Source of the DNA: Octopus vulgaris
Lineage: Eukaryota
Assembly: GCA_951406725.2 (NCBI GenBank)
Contig: OX597814.1
Span: 204,786,001-204,850,000 of the forward strand
DNA: 64,000 nt
Direction: 5' to 3'
Each line of letters starts with the position of its first letter. The first letter of the stretch is position 1. The notes beneath the pieces were generated by a model. It was not told the origin of the DNA. It ran no database searches and saw only the letters and a program-made list of their open reading frames with translations. Both the position numbers and the translations under genes were made by a program. This document shows positions 24,449-37,588 of the stretch, in pieces.

Positions 24449-24910
24449 ATGCTCACACTCCTGGAATCTGTTCAGAGACGTGCAACCAAACACATACCCT
24501 CCATCAGACACCTACCATATTCTGAGCGCCTTGTTTCCCTGGGCATGGATTCACTGAAGCTCCGGCGTCTGGCGACGGACTTGGTAAACACCCACAAAGT
24601 TGTCAACCACCTCACCAATAACAACACTGAACACCTTTTTGATCTCCATGTGTCTAACACACGTGGACATGCCTACAAAGTCAGAAAACAACACAGCTCC
24701 CATGACTTTCGGAAACATTTCTTCACACTCAGAGTTGCTGAAGCATGGAATAAACTGCCTGCGTCAGTTGTTGACCGCCATGACACTGCATCCTTTAAGG
24801 CCCTCATGCTTTCCGAAATCCGTCGAAACTACACCTGATTATATATACACTTTCGATGAGTTGTAGTGCACCTGAGCACTGTACACAATGTTTATTATTA
24901 TTATTTTATT
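24449..24910 (+). mobile_element. CR1-clade LINE 3' end (ORF2 C-terminus, uninterrupted 129 aa) with UTR hairpin and (TTA)n tail
   Basis: LESVQRRATK..LPYSERL..L..LRR...TRGH..K...RKHFFTLRVAEAWNKLP is the typical CR1 C-terminus; agtgc-acctga-gcact stem-loop in the UTR. Confidence 0.9.
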
Positions 24911-24962
24911 ATAAAACACACAAACACATGAATATGCAGAATACATACATACAAGCATACAC

Positions 24963-24994
<32 letters not shown>

Positions 24995-26199
24995 GCATAC
25001 ACACATGCATACATACATATTTGTATGCTCGCTAGCATGGAAAGCGGACGTTAAACGATGATGATGATGATGATGATGCTCATTGACCCACACACATGTG
25101 CACAAATAAACAAAAAGAACGCAAGTCAGAGAACAGACAGAGTTGATGATTATTGAAAAGGTTGCAAGACGCAACAAAAATTTTAGAAAAAATAAAGAAG
25201 TAAATGAATGGAAACTGAACCAGTGAGTGTGTCAAATAATAAGGCACAAAAAGAGAATGACCCTCCCCAGACACAACAAAATATATATACAGTTACAGTT
25301 TTCAAATTTTTCACTTTACAGTGTGTTCTGGTGTTTTTTATGAGGCACCATCACCATATATGATGGGCTTCCAGGCAATTTCCATGTACCAAATTCTATG
25401 TGGCATTGGTGAACTTGGGGCTACAGTAGAAGAGGCACTTGCCTAAAGTGCTATGTGGTGGAATTGAACCCAGAATCACATTACCCTAAATGCACCTATA
25501 ACTAGATAGGTTTGTAAAATATCCTCTTGTCAATAGTTTCTATAATTTGTCATTCTATTTATAATCCCCTCTTTGGATTTGATCTCACTATCTTCCCTCA
25601 CATTGTTTTTGTCTCTTCCTTGGTTTCTGTCTGTCTATCACCTGATAATGCTATATCTTTGTTAGCACACTTCAGGCATTCACCGACGGCAAACCTACCA
25701 TTACACTGACTCCCTTATATATTACATATATCTCTAGTTCTCACTTATACTTTGATATACCTCTGACTCTCAGACTAGACTATCAGCTCCCAGAGTATTT
25801 GTATATTCATAAAATCCTACTGAGATTATTCATGTTCTTGTCTTTTCTGCCATACAGCATCGCACATCACACTCTCTACCTTTCATGGGAAGAATGATCC
25901 TGTTGTTATCCATGCGTGCACACAGCAGTTTTGTAGTTTTTTCTTCTCTCTGACAAAACTAAACTTTACTTCCTTTTGTAATGCTTGCTCTTAAGGTCAG
26001 ACCGGTACACTAGATAGACTTAGTGTGGGGCTTAATTGGTTAACCCATTTCACAGTTCTTATATTTTATATTCCATCAGGTTAAAAACTTGGATAAAACT
26101 TTTCAAGATTCAACTGTGTTTAAAGAATGAGTAAATTCAAAGAGCTGTGTTTTGCTGACATCACAGTGCTGCTACTGCTGATAATAATAACAATAATAA

Positions 26200-26512
26200 G
26201 GCGGCAAGCTGGCAGAAATGTTAGCATGCTGGGCGAAATGCTTAGCAGTATTTTGTCTGCCACTACATTCTGAGTTCAAATTCCGCCAAGGTCGACTTTG
26301 CCTTTCATCCTTTCAGGGTTGATTAAATAAGTACCAGTTACGCACTGGAGTCGATATAATCAACTTAATCCCTTTGTCTGTCCTTGTTTATCATCTCTGT
26401 GTTTATCCCCTTGTGGGTAGTAAAAAAATAGTTATTTCGTCTGTCTTTTTGTTCTGAGTTCAAATTCTGCCAAGGTTGACTTTGCCTTTCATGCTTTCGG
26501 GGTCGATAAATT
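26200..26512 (+). mobile_element. SINE family B, partial dimer
   Basis: Head-core-tail followed by a restart at tatttcgtctg. Confidence 0.8.
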
Positions 26513-26946
26513 GCTGGCATGGGTTAGATGGTTTGACTGGAGCTGGAAGCGGCACCCGGTTCCAGTCTGATTTAGCATGGTTTCTAAAGCTGAATGCTCT
26601 TACTAACACCAACCACTCCATGAGTGTAATGGGTGCCATTTACATGCCACCAGCAACAACCACAACCAGGGTTCACGGGTGCTATTTACATGATACTTGC
26701 AATGACCCTGACTCTGATGCACGGGTGCCATTTACATACCACCAGCAACAACCACGACTCATGGGTGCCATATAAATGGCACCACTAAGGACCATGATTC
26801 CTGGGTGCCGTTTACATGGTGCCATCAATGACCACAACTACAATGCACGGGTGATATTTATATGGCACTGGCAGTGAGCATTACTACAACTCTTGGGTGC
26901 CACTTACATGGCACCACTGTGTAATAATAATAATGATAGTAGCAAT

Positions 26947-27910
26947 AATCCTTTCTACTAAAGGCATAAGGCCTGAAATTTTGGCGGAGAGGACTGGTCG
27001 ATTACATCAACCCCAGTACTCAACTGGTACTTATTTTATTAACTCCGAAAGAATAAAGAGCAAAGTCGACCTTGGTGGAATTTGAACTCAGAATGTGGAG
27101 ACAGGTGAAGTGTTACTAAGCATTTCACCCAGCATGCTAATAATTCTGTCAGCTTGTAACCTTGATAATAATAATAAACAACCCTTTCTGCTGTTGGCAC
27201 AGGGCCTGAAATTTTGTGGGAGGGGTTAGGGTTAGTCTATCACATTGACCTCAGTGTTCAGCTGCCACTTATTTTATTAACCCAGAAAGGATGAGTGGTA
27301 AAGCTGACTTGTGTGGAATTTGAACTTGGAATGTAGAGTTGGAAAGAATGCCACAAAGCATTTCATCTAGCATGCTAATGATTCTGCCAGCTTGCCACTT
27401 CATATATTTGTTGTAGTAGTAGTAGTAGTAGTAGTAGTAATAGTAGTAGTAGTAGTAATCCTTTCTACTAAAGGCACAAGGCTTGAAATTTGGAAGAGGG
27501 GTAAGTTGATTACATTGACCCCTGTACTCAACTAGTACTTATTTTATCGACCCTGAAAAGATGAAAGGCAAAGTCGACCTCAGCAGAATTTGAACTCAGC
27601 AGTAATAATGATGATAATAATAACCTTTTCTATTATAGGCACAACGCCTGAAATGTTGGGGGAGGTTACATCGACCCCAGTGTTTCTCTGATGCTTAATT
27701 TATTGATCTTGAAAGGATGAAAGGCAAAGTCGACCTTGGCAGAATTTGAACTCAGAACGTAAAGATGTACAAAAGGCTGCTAACCATTTTGCCTAGCATG
27801 CTAACAATTCTGCCAGTTCACAAGAGGAAGGGGTCAGTCAACCAAATTGATTCTAGATCAGCTCTTGAAGAACAAATGACAAAATTTACTTCATCAGGAT
27901 TTGAACTCAG
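26947..27910 (-). mobile_element. Cluster of 4-5 SINE family B copies separated by (AAT)n/(AGT)n
   Basis: Repeated gaaaggatgaaaggcaaagtcgacct..gaatttgaactcag. Confidence 0.8.
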
Positions 27911-29011
27911 TGTGTAAAGAGCCAAAACTAAATACTACTAGGCATTTAGTCTGATGATTCTTCCACTTGACCGTTTAAAAAAAATAATGACAGTAGTAGT
28001 AATAATAATAATAATAATAATGATGATGATGATGATGTCCATTCATTGTTAACTCACTGATATTCCAGTCTTTTGTATTTTTAAGGTTTCTTTTAGCCAT
28101 ACAATTCAAACCTTAGAAGATAAAAATAATTTCCAGATTCCATCTTGCTGTATGGCACTTTGGGCAAGTGTCTTCTACTGTAGCCTTGGGTCAACCACGA
28201 CCACCATCACCACCACCACCATCATCTAACTTCCATTTCTCTATGCTTGTCTAGGTCAGAAGAAATCTGTCAAGGCAGATTTTCTGTGGCTGGATGCCTT
28301 CCCTTTTGCCAGTTCTCACCCCCCAATTCCAGTCAAAGTAATATTTTCCCATGCCACAACATGGTTTTCTCAGAAGACCAGTAAAGAACAGCATGGCTTT
28401 CTTACCATCCTGTGATGTCATAACAAAGGAACATATATGCATTTGCATCCATTACACTCTTGGAATGGTTTGCGTTAGGAAGGGCATCTAGCTGTAGAAA
28501 ACAATGCCAAATCAGACCGGAGTCTGGTGCAGCCTTCCAGCTTGCCAGCCCTGCTCAGACTGTCCAACCCACACTAGCATGGACAATGGACGTTAAATGA
28601 TAATAATGATGATGATGATACAATGGGCTTCTCTTAGTTTCTGTCCATCAAATCTACTCTTGGCCTAAGGGTGTAGTAGAAGACACTTGCTCAAGACGAG
28701 ACTGAACCGGAGACCACATGGTTGGGAAGCAGACTTCTTGACCACACTGCCACATCTGTGCCTTGGGAGTAGATTTGGTAAGAGGAAAACTGAAAGAAGC
28801 CTGTTGTATGTGTGAGTGAGTGAGTGTCCTTGTCTTGACATTGTATAACAGTTGTAAATGAGCATCACTGTTATAAGCAGTGTCATTCATTTCCAGTTCT
28901 TTTCAAGAATATGTCTAAGGAGGACATGTCATCTTGCTTGGAAACAAGGTGGGGTTTGGTGACAAGAAGGGCATCCTGGCCCTTGCAAATCTACCTCACT
29001 AACTCTCATTG

Positions 29012-29505
29012 TCATCATCATCATGATCATCGTTTAACGTCCGCTTTCCATGCTAGCATGGGTTGGACGATTTGACTGAGGACTGGCGAACCAGATGGCT
29101 GCACCAGGCTCAATCTGATCTGGCAGAGTTTCTACAGCTGGATGCCCTTCCTAATGCCAACCACTCCGAGAGTGTAGTGGGTGCTTTTACGTGCCACTGG
29201 CACGAGGTCCAGTCAGGCGGTACTGGCAACGGCCACACTCAAATGGTGTTTTTTTACATTCCACCTGCACAGGAGCTAGTTCAATGGCACTGGCAACGAC
29301 CTCGCTTGAATGGTGCCTTTTACGCACCACTGGCACAAGTACCAGTAAGGCGACATTGGTAACGATCACACTCGAATGGTGCTTTTTATGTGCCACCAGC
29401 ACCAGCACGGATGCCAGTTAGCTGCTCTGGCAATGATCACACTCGAATGGTGCTCTTAGCGCTCCACTAACACGGATGCCAGTCATCGAATTTGATTTCG
29501 ATTTC
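29012..29505 (-). mobile_element. RTE LINE 3'UTR with tandem units
   Basis: (CAT)n followed by the family consensus. Confidence 0.85.
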
Positions 29506-30014
29506 TGTCTCACCCATATCAGTATGAAAATGTGGACAATAAAATGATGATGAAGATGATGATAGGTATGTGTGTACTGTGCTATTTCTTTCATGGTAAT
29601 GTGTCTGAGTCAGCCTTTTATAATTCCAACATAGAATAATTGCAACACAAATTTAGAAAATATTTCTTTTTTTTTTGTATGTGGATCATTTATGAATTTA
29701 TTTCAAGGCCTTTTTTTTGTTAATAGACAAAATGTCGTTGAATTCCAGTTGACTTCCACAGACATGAAAATGCTTGAAATATTTCTTTCATTGGTGAAAA
29801 CGTGTGAATCTGTGTGAAAGACCCCCCACCACTGCTCTGCCACCAACTCAAATCCTTCAGTTTTTTGTTCTTAGAATGGTACAGTACTAAGATCTCAGTA
29901 TAAAAGGAAGCATTGATTTTGCAGTTGCATGTAATTGTGGTTTAACTCCAGTTCAGCTATGATCACTGACACTCCAGCTATGACCACCACTGTGTCTTTT
30001 TCTCAAGACTATAT

Positions 30015-30420
30015 TCATCATCATCATTTAACGTCTATTTTCCATGCTGGCATGGGTTGGGCAGTTTGACAGGAGCCAGCGAGCTGGAGGGCTGCATTGG
30101 GCTCCAATTGTTTGTTTTGTTAAGGTTTCTACAGCTGGATACCCTTCCTAATGCCAACCACTTACAGGGTGTCCTGGGCGCTTTTTACACGGCACCAGAA
30201 CAGATGTTATTCACATGGCACCAACACGGGTGCTTTTTACGTGGCTCCAGCACAGGTAATTTTTATGTGGCTTCAGCACAGGTGTTCTTCACATGGCCCC
30301 AACACGGTTGCTTGATACATGACACCAGCACTAGTGCTTCATACATAGTACCAGAATGAATGCTTTATATGTGGCACCGACACGGGTGCTTCATGTGTGG
30401 AACCAGTACAGGTGCTTGTT
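30015..30420 (-). mobile_element. RTE 3' end with ~21-bp internal minisatellite
   Basis: Tail consensus followed by repeated gtgctttttacgtggcaccag-like units. Confidence 0.7.
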
Positions 30421-30867
30421 TACATCAGTGTTATATCTTTTTTTTTCTAAAAACTAACCTGATTTGAGGGAGGCTTCCCTGTTATTTCTAGCAGTCAGTG
30501 TTACCAGTCAGAGGTTCCTTCTACAGATGTAGAAAGAGGAAGAAGACTTGGAGTGAGTTATAACCTAAAAACTATTATTTAGGTGATTATCTGATAAATA
30601 CATTTAATTAATTAGAGTGATTAATGAAACGATTCCTGTAGCTGTTCTTTTGTTCTTTTAGTTATCGATCTGAAATTTATTTCTTATATTTCCTGATTTA
30701 CTCCTCTGGCCTCCATTCAATATACTGCTTGTTGTCAGACATCATTGGATGGCATCAAATCTAGACTTTCTCAAAATGATTTACTAATTAACCAAGTTTC
30801 TAATTAATTGCACTTTTATTTTAGAAACGGTCAACTTTTTTTTTTTGTTACCTCTTATCTTGTTCTC

Positions 30868-31243
30868 GTTTCAGGCTTAGGCTGCGGCCATGCTGGGGCA
30901 CTGCTTTAAATTTTTTATTCAAATGAATTGACTCCAGCACTTATTTCTTTCTTTTTTAAGCCTGCTAATTATTCTATCAGTCTCTTTTGCCAAAACTGCT
31001 AAGTTATGGGGACGTAAACACACCAACACTGGTTGTCAAGCAGTGTAGTTGGGGACAGACAGACACACACACATACACACACACATGATGGGTTTCTTTC
31101 AGTTTCTGTCTACTAAATCCACAAACAAGGCTTTCGTTGGCCCAAGGCTATAGTAAAAGACACTTGCCTAAGGCATCACACAGTGGGACTGAACCCGGAA
31201 CTATGTGGTTGGGAAGCAAGTTTCTTACCACACAGCCATGCCT
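30868..31243 (-). mobile_element. SINE family A
   Basis: Reverse copy of the family A consensus. Confidence 0.75.
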
Positions 31244-31575
31244 ATATATCCTTTAATTGGAAGATGAATGGTGACTTCCTTGACCTTGGTCATTGCAGAC
31301 TGATGGAACTCTGTGGATTGGATTCTCTGTGGATTCATTATGGATCTCTGTCTGTTGGTTTCTGCAGGGAAAGCACGGACAGGGTGAGAACTTGCCCTTC
31401 TTACTGCCCATCACTTCACAATGCATTTGGAGCATTTTATTGTGGCATTGAAGTTGCTAATCATAATCACTCTTATACAAGGTGTGTCTATCCCTCTTGA
31501 CAATCTGACTCAGTTAGTGGGGGTGGTCTTTTTCTTTGTCTTGTGAATTACATGGTGATCTCACTAATACCAGTA

Positions 31576-32275
31576 TCATCATCATCATCGTTTAACGTCT
31601 GTTTTCCATGCTGGCATGGGTTGGAAGGTTTGGCTGAGGTCTAGAGAGCCAGTGGCTGCACCAGGCTCCAATCTGAGCTGGCAAGGTTTCTGCAGCCAGA
31701 TACCCTTCCTAATGCCAACCACTCCAAGATTGTAGCGGGTGCTTTTTACATGCCACCGGCACAGTAGCCAGTTAGACGGGCCTGGCACCAATCACGTTCG
31801 AATAGTACTTTTTACGTTCCACTGGCACAGGGGCCAGTCCAGGGGCACTGGCATTGGCTACGTTAGGTCGGTGCTTTTTACGTGCCACTGGTACAGAACC
31901 TGTCAGGAGGTGAAAAAAAAAAAAAGCAGCCAGTAGATTCTGAAAAGGTTGTTGGTGTTAGAAAGGTCATCCAGCTGTAGAAACTATGCCAGAAGCGACA
32001 AGTGGAGCTTGAAGCAGTTCTCCAGCTCATTAGACCCTGTCCAACCATCCAATCCATACCAACATATATAATGGTCATGATGATGATCATCATCGTTAAG
32101 TGTCTGTTCTCTGTATTGTCATGGGTTCGGTGGGAGGTGGTAAGGCCAGGGGCTGCATTAAGCTTCATTGTCTGTTTTCGCAAGGCTTCTACAGCTGGAT
32201 CCCCTTCCTAATGCCAACCACTTTACAGAGTGTACTGGGTGCTTTTTTTATGTGGCATCAGCATGATGCCACGCA
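31576..32275. mobile_element. Three adjacent RTE 3' ends in alternating orientation
   Basis: - 31576-31905, + 31920-32085, - 32085-32275. Confidence 0.7.
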
Positions 32276-32539
32276 TGAAAAGAACTGGGTGTGTATGCAG
32301 TAGAAAGGCTTGCTTTGAAATTACTTTAAAACTAAGATAAACTGCTAATTTTTTCTCTTCCTCTCTATTTTATTGTAATGTAGTTCTGTGTGTGTGTGTG
32401 GTGGTGTTTTGCTGTAGCTTGGTGATATGATGTGCTCTGTGTGTGGTGATAGTGATATAGCAACGTCTGTGCCTGGTGCAGCTACTGATAACAACAAAAA
32501 AAAAAAGCTGTGATGAATCATTGTATTTATTGCACGCAT

Positions 32540-32540
<1 letters not shown>

Positions 32541-32599
<59 letters not shown>
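32541..32599. repeat. (CA)n microsatellite
   Basis: Perfect CA run of about 59 nt. Confidence 0.95.
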
Positions 32600-32604
<5 letters not shown>

Positions 32605-32882
32605 TAAATTACCTCAAACATGTTTCTGTTATTTTTTAAAACTAAACACACACACACATGTACACACTTTATTCTTTATATTTTGAAAATAAGAAAATGG
32701 GAACAAGATATTCCCCTCTAACTTTTTAGATCTTTCTCTCCACTATTACCGAATATATTATTAATTGTTTGTGTTATTTATATTTCTGTTTCTCCTCTTT
32801 GATTCCAAATATTCTATGTCAAAAAACCATTCCCCGGAATTTTCATTTTCAATCAATTCTTTATTGTAATTCTGTTTCCTAG

Positions 32883-33070
32883 GAGACCCGCTGGAGATAA
32901 TTTCAGTTATTCTTCAGAGAAAAGAAGGCATAAATGAAATTTGTGAATATTTATTTAAAACAGCTGTCTTCCACCAAAAACAGAATCTGTTCATGTATTT
33001 CAAGTATTGGCATCAAGTGGACAGATGGAACTTAAATAATCCATGCCTTTGTCTTTGTTCACTTAATTCA
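32883..33070 (+). other. Candidate exon
   Basis: Long pyrimidine-rich tract ending ttctgtttcctag, donor TCA|GTATGT, one open frame (DPLEIISVILQRKEGINEICEYLFK...). No recognisable homology. Confidence 0.25.
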
Positions 33071-33424
33071 GTATGTTCTCATTGGAATGACTAGCAGCAG
33101 CAGCAGAGCTGTAGTTCTTCATATATAATACAACTTGGCTCCTCTTTACCACTTAATGCCAACATCAGAACAATATGTTGGTGATTCATATCAGGTTCAG
33201 GGAGATCACAGAGCGGCATCTATTACACGTTGGGTATTACTAAAAATAAGATGTTCTCTGAAAGACGATTCCTTTGATAGCTGATGTTTCTATATATACT
33301 TTCTTATGAGCTAGTCAGGGAGCTTCTGTGTTGTTGCTTGGCTTATTAAAAACGGTAGCGAAGCCTACCTCAAATCACACTCTGATACCGTAAATTTGGA
33401 CTACATCAGACAAGGTATTATTAA

Positions 33425-34591
33425 CCGTTTAGCATTCAGGTTACTCTCTCAAGTGTAATGTATATTCTTTGACATTCTTTTGAATTAATCATGTGTTATC
33501 ATGTAGCTTCAAGATTTCAATGATGTGATTGTTTATTTTTAGAATGACATTGTAGGGTTGATGTGAGAGACTGGATCCAATCAGTTTGAATCTTCAACAA
33601 ATACAATATTAGGCCATTTATGGTACCCATGATCCTTTTCTAAGGACCAGAAAGATAACCTATCATATTTCTGCAACACCTGTATTTTTCTGAGGTATCT
33701 TTACTTAGTCATCAAGACTAGAGTGTCTTTCAAATATTTCCCCTACTGTCTGATGTCATCATCATCATCGTTTAACATCCACTTTCCATGCTGTCATGAG
33801 TTGGATGGTTTGACTGAGGAGCCAGGAGGCTGCACCAGGCTCCAATCTGATTGGGCAAAGTTTCTACAGCTGGATGCCCTTCCTAACGCCAACCACTCCA
33901 TGAGTGTAGTGGGTGCTTTTATGTGCCACTGGCACGAGGGCCAGTCAGGCGGTACTGGCATCGACCATGCTCCAAAGATGTTTTTTATGTGCCACCTGCA
34001 TGGGAGCCAATCTGGCAGCACTTGCAATGACCACGCTTAAATGTTGCTTTTCACATGCCACCGGCACATGTGCCAGTAAGGTAGCACTGGTAACAATCAT
34101 GCTCGAATGGTGCTTTTTTACGTGCCACTGGCACAAGTGCCAATCAGGTGGTACTGTTATCGGCCACGTCAGCGATTCTGATTTCACTTGCCTCAACAGG
34201 TCTTTGCAAGCAAAGTTTATTGTCCAATGGATGAAGGGTACTCATAATTGGGCTGGTTATACACCACTGGCATAGGCCCCAGGTTATGGTTTCACTTGGC
34301 TTGCTGGGTCTTGCAATACTGATGTCTCAGTTTTCAGTACAGTGTGAAGATCTTGAGGGAAACGATACACTCAGTTTCATCTCTTATTCAATCAAAAGTC
34401 TTTTGGCAAGTAGTACTTATAGCCAACCCATATTTGTATGTAGTATAAATAATTGTTCGAACTGTCCTATAAAGTCAAGACAATCTTTTCAAGTAATTTT
34501 GGTATCAGATAAAGTTGTATAAAAAAAATGATTCTTGGTAATAAATTAAAGAAAAAAAATTTGGGCACTAATGGGGTTAAATGCAAAAGGG
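33425..34591. mobile_element. TTAA-flanked MITE split by a ~950-bp insertion that includes an RTE 3'UTR (33755-34315)
   Basis: TTAA|ccgtttagcattc..., colinear with 41116-41335 until about 33620; right end taaatgcaaaaggg|TTAA. Confidence 0.6.
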
Positions 34592-35316
34592 TTAACTATA
34601 CTAAAAGACTGGACAGTCATGGTTGGAACGATCATGTCTGCTCATGGATTAAAACACCACCACCACCAACAACAACAACAACATAGACTGTCTTATGTGT
34701 TAAGAAGATGTCTTCATCAGTTGATGTCATTTTGACTTGCAGCGAAGGATTTCAACAAAAATACTTCAAATGCTTTTTGCAACAGTTTTGTACGGGTAAC
34801 ATATTTTCGAGTAACAGATATTTTTATCTTCTTTAGCTGATGGTGAAATATAACTTTTCTCATTATCCATGGATATTTTTAGATGAAATAAACCTCATCT
34901 TCTCTAACTTGTCTAGTGTAACTGGGTGTTGAGTGTCTATATTGTAGACAATTCCAGCTGCTAAACTCATGGTACTTTTCAAGATTGGTCATGAAACCAA
35001 TTTGCTGTATTGTTTTGTATATTATAGATAACTTCAGCTGCTGAGTTTGTGTACTCTTGGGTCTTGGTTATGAAAATGATCTGCTTCCCGAAACCAAACT
35101 GCCAGGCTGGGAAATAAGCTTTTTAATCAGAGCCATGCTTGTGCCTAGAATATATAGGTTACATATATCTTACCTTGATACTGTGTGGACTGAGATCCCT
35201 GTTGACAGGCCCCTGATATTTAAAAATAGTGTTAGTACTTATGATATGCAAATTAGCAACTCTAGTTTCCTGTAGCTACTGTAATTGTTGAGTATACAAA
35301 CAGATTGGCTGCTTGT

Positions 35317-35395
35317 GTCTCTGATGAGAATCCATTAAGAATTGAAAATTAATCAAGGTTGTACATCATTTTTCTCAATCTATGGAGAAACAGCT
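35317..35395 (+). ncRNA. 3'-truncated hammerhead remnant
   Basis: GTCT [CTGATGA] long stem II (tccat...atgga) [GAAA] CAGCT. The cleavage triplet and 3' strand of stem I are missing. Confidence 0.5.
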
Positions 35396-35823
35396 AAATT
35401 AACCCTTACCTCATCATCATTTAACATCTGTTGTCCGTGCTGGCAAGGGTTGGACTGCTTGACTGGGCTGGCATGCTGCACCTGACTCTAGTCTCATTTG
35501 GTTTGGTTTCCTACGGCTGGATGCCCTTCCTAATGCTAACAACTCTGAGAGTGTAACGGGTGCTTTTATGTGCCGTGTGACTCTGGTATCTGCCACAACT
35601 GCGATTTTGCTCGGCTTGATGAATCTTCTTCGCAAGCATGATATAATGCCAAAGGCCTTGGTCACTGCCTCCGTGAGGCCCAACACTTGAAAGGAACTTG
35701 AACACTTTGCCTCCATGAGGCCTAACGCATATATATCATCATCATCATTATTTAACGTCCATGTTCCATGCTAGCATGAGTGGGACGGTGCCACAAGAGT
35801 CAGTCAGGCCAAAGCCTGCACCA

Positions 35824-36644
35824 TATATATTGTTCAAATTTAAAAAAAAAACAAAAGATGAAGATGTGTGTAGGAACACCAAGCAGGTGCAATAATGTAA
35901 TGCTTGGGAAAAATGGAAAAGTCTTTTACATTTTGAGCCTATGCTCTTTGACATACCCACACTCAATAGTAGTGTCACCACACATACCACTAAATGAGCA
36001 GCCACACAGTTGAACTCAGTACACACACCACACCCTCTTGCACACTTCCACACCCACGCAAGCACATAATACCTGAACACAGACAATATATACACACATG
36101 TGCAACATGCATAAATGCACACAACACACAGACAAAGGTAACTTTCATCCACAAACATACACTATAGACATGCATACTGTTTGGTCACACACACATACAC
36201 ATGTGCGCACACCACTTGAAAAAGCACACATCAGCTGCTCTACACAACACACACACAAATGTCAGACACACTTGCCACCATTCACACATACACACACACC
36301 ATTCTCACATACATGCACATGCTTGCACACTTTAGTTCGTTGGGATCACTATTATTATCTCCCTTTCATTCAATCTCTTTTTTTATTATTATCTCCCTTT
36401 TATTCAACCTCTTTTCTAGTCATCTCGCCATATTGGACTGCTGAATTCTACACAATTTTTCCCTCTTCATTTTTTTTGTTCTCTCTCCATTTTTACCTCC
36501 TATTCCTTTCTGTCGAAGAGCATAGGCTCAAAACATAATGACTTTTCCATTTTTCCCGAGCATTAAACTAATACACCTGCTTGTTGTTCCTACACCTGTC
36601 TTTGTCTTTAGTTTTTTTTTCTTTTATAAATTTGAACTATATAT
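35824..36644. repeat. ~130-bp imperfect inverted repeats (35824-35953 and 36511-36644) around a CA-rich spacer; Penelope-like inverted termini
   Basis: tgtcgaagagcataggctcaaaa...aaatttgaac is the reverse complement of the left arm, with some mismatches. Confidence 0.8.
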
Positions 36645-36846
36645 TATACGCTCATGTGAGTTATCCCAGTTTGATCCTGCTTGAATGAACTTCCTACCCT
36701 CTCGAACTTGCCTCTTAACTACTTCCTGAACTTTTGGTACCTCTCCTCATTCACATACCAGCACTCCACCTGGATTACCACTGGATCTTTGTACCCTTTT
36801 GGACTCTATCTTCACGGATCTCACTAACTGTTTTCATTGGTATAAT

Positions 36847-37233
36847 CTTTTACTTGTTTCAGTCATTTGACTGTGGCCATGCTGGAGCACTGCCTTTAGT
36901 CAAGTAAATCGACCTTAGGACTTATTCTTTGTAAGCCTAGTACTTATTCTGTTGGTCTCTTTTGCTGAACTGCTAAGTTACGGGAATGTAAACACACCAG
37001 CATCTGTTGTCAAGTGATGTTCGGGGGACAAGCACAGACACACGAACATATACACACACATACATATATACAATGGGCTTCTTTCAGTTTCCACCTACCA
37101 AATCCACTCACAAGGCTTTGGTCGGCCTGAGGCTATAGTAGAAAACACTTGCCCAAGGTGCCACGCAGTGGGCCTGAACCTGAAACCATGTGGTTGGTAA
37201 GCAAGCTACTTACCATACAGCCGCTCCTATGCC
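36847..37233 (-). mobile_element. SINE family A
   Basis: Near full-length reverse copy. Confidence 0.85.
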
Positions 37234-37287
37234 TATATATATATATATATATATCAAATATAAATTAAAAACAGAACACAAAGGATA

Positions 37288-37382
37288 TCGCGGTACACGT
37301 GTTTCAAGCTTTATAAACAATCCGTTATTACATCAGTGTATTTTTGATATAAAAGATGGTTTAAAGCTCTCTTCAGCCACAA
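37288..37382 (-). ncRNA. Minimal type-I hammerhead ribozyme, canonical core, long stem II
   Basis: Minus strand: TTGTGG [CTGAAGA] GAGCTTTA...TAAAGCTT [GAAA] CACGTG TA CCGCGA. The segment is bracketed by (TA)n at about 37234-37254 and 37544-37586. Confidence 0.8.
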
Positions 37383-37542
37383 ACATTGTTGGTCCAAAGA
37401 TTACATCATAATATAAAAATTATAAATAGTACATGTAGTATTACCCATTATAGGTTTATCAGCAATCAGCATAGAGTGAATGTTAAATAGATTGGGCATA
37501 TACAGGTGCTTACACTTATCAAGTATTCACTCTAGATTTACA

Positions 37543-37588
<46 letters not shown>

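Noticed and set aside
29728-29820. Possible small + strand exon (QNVVEFQLTSTDMKMLE)
   Set aside because: Acceptor is plausible but the donor is weak and any resemblance to known proteins is too slight.
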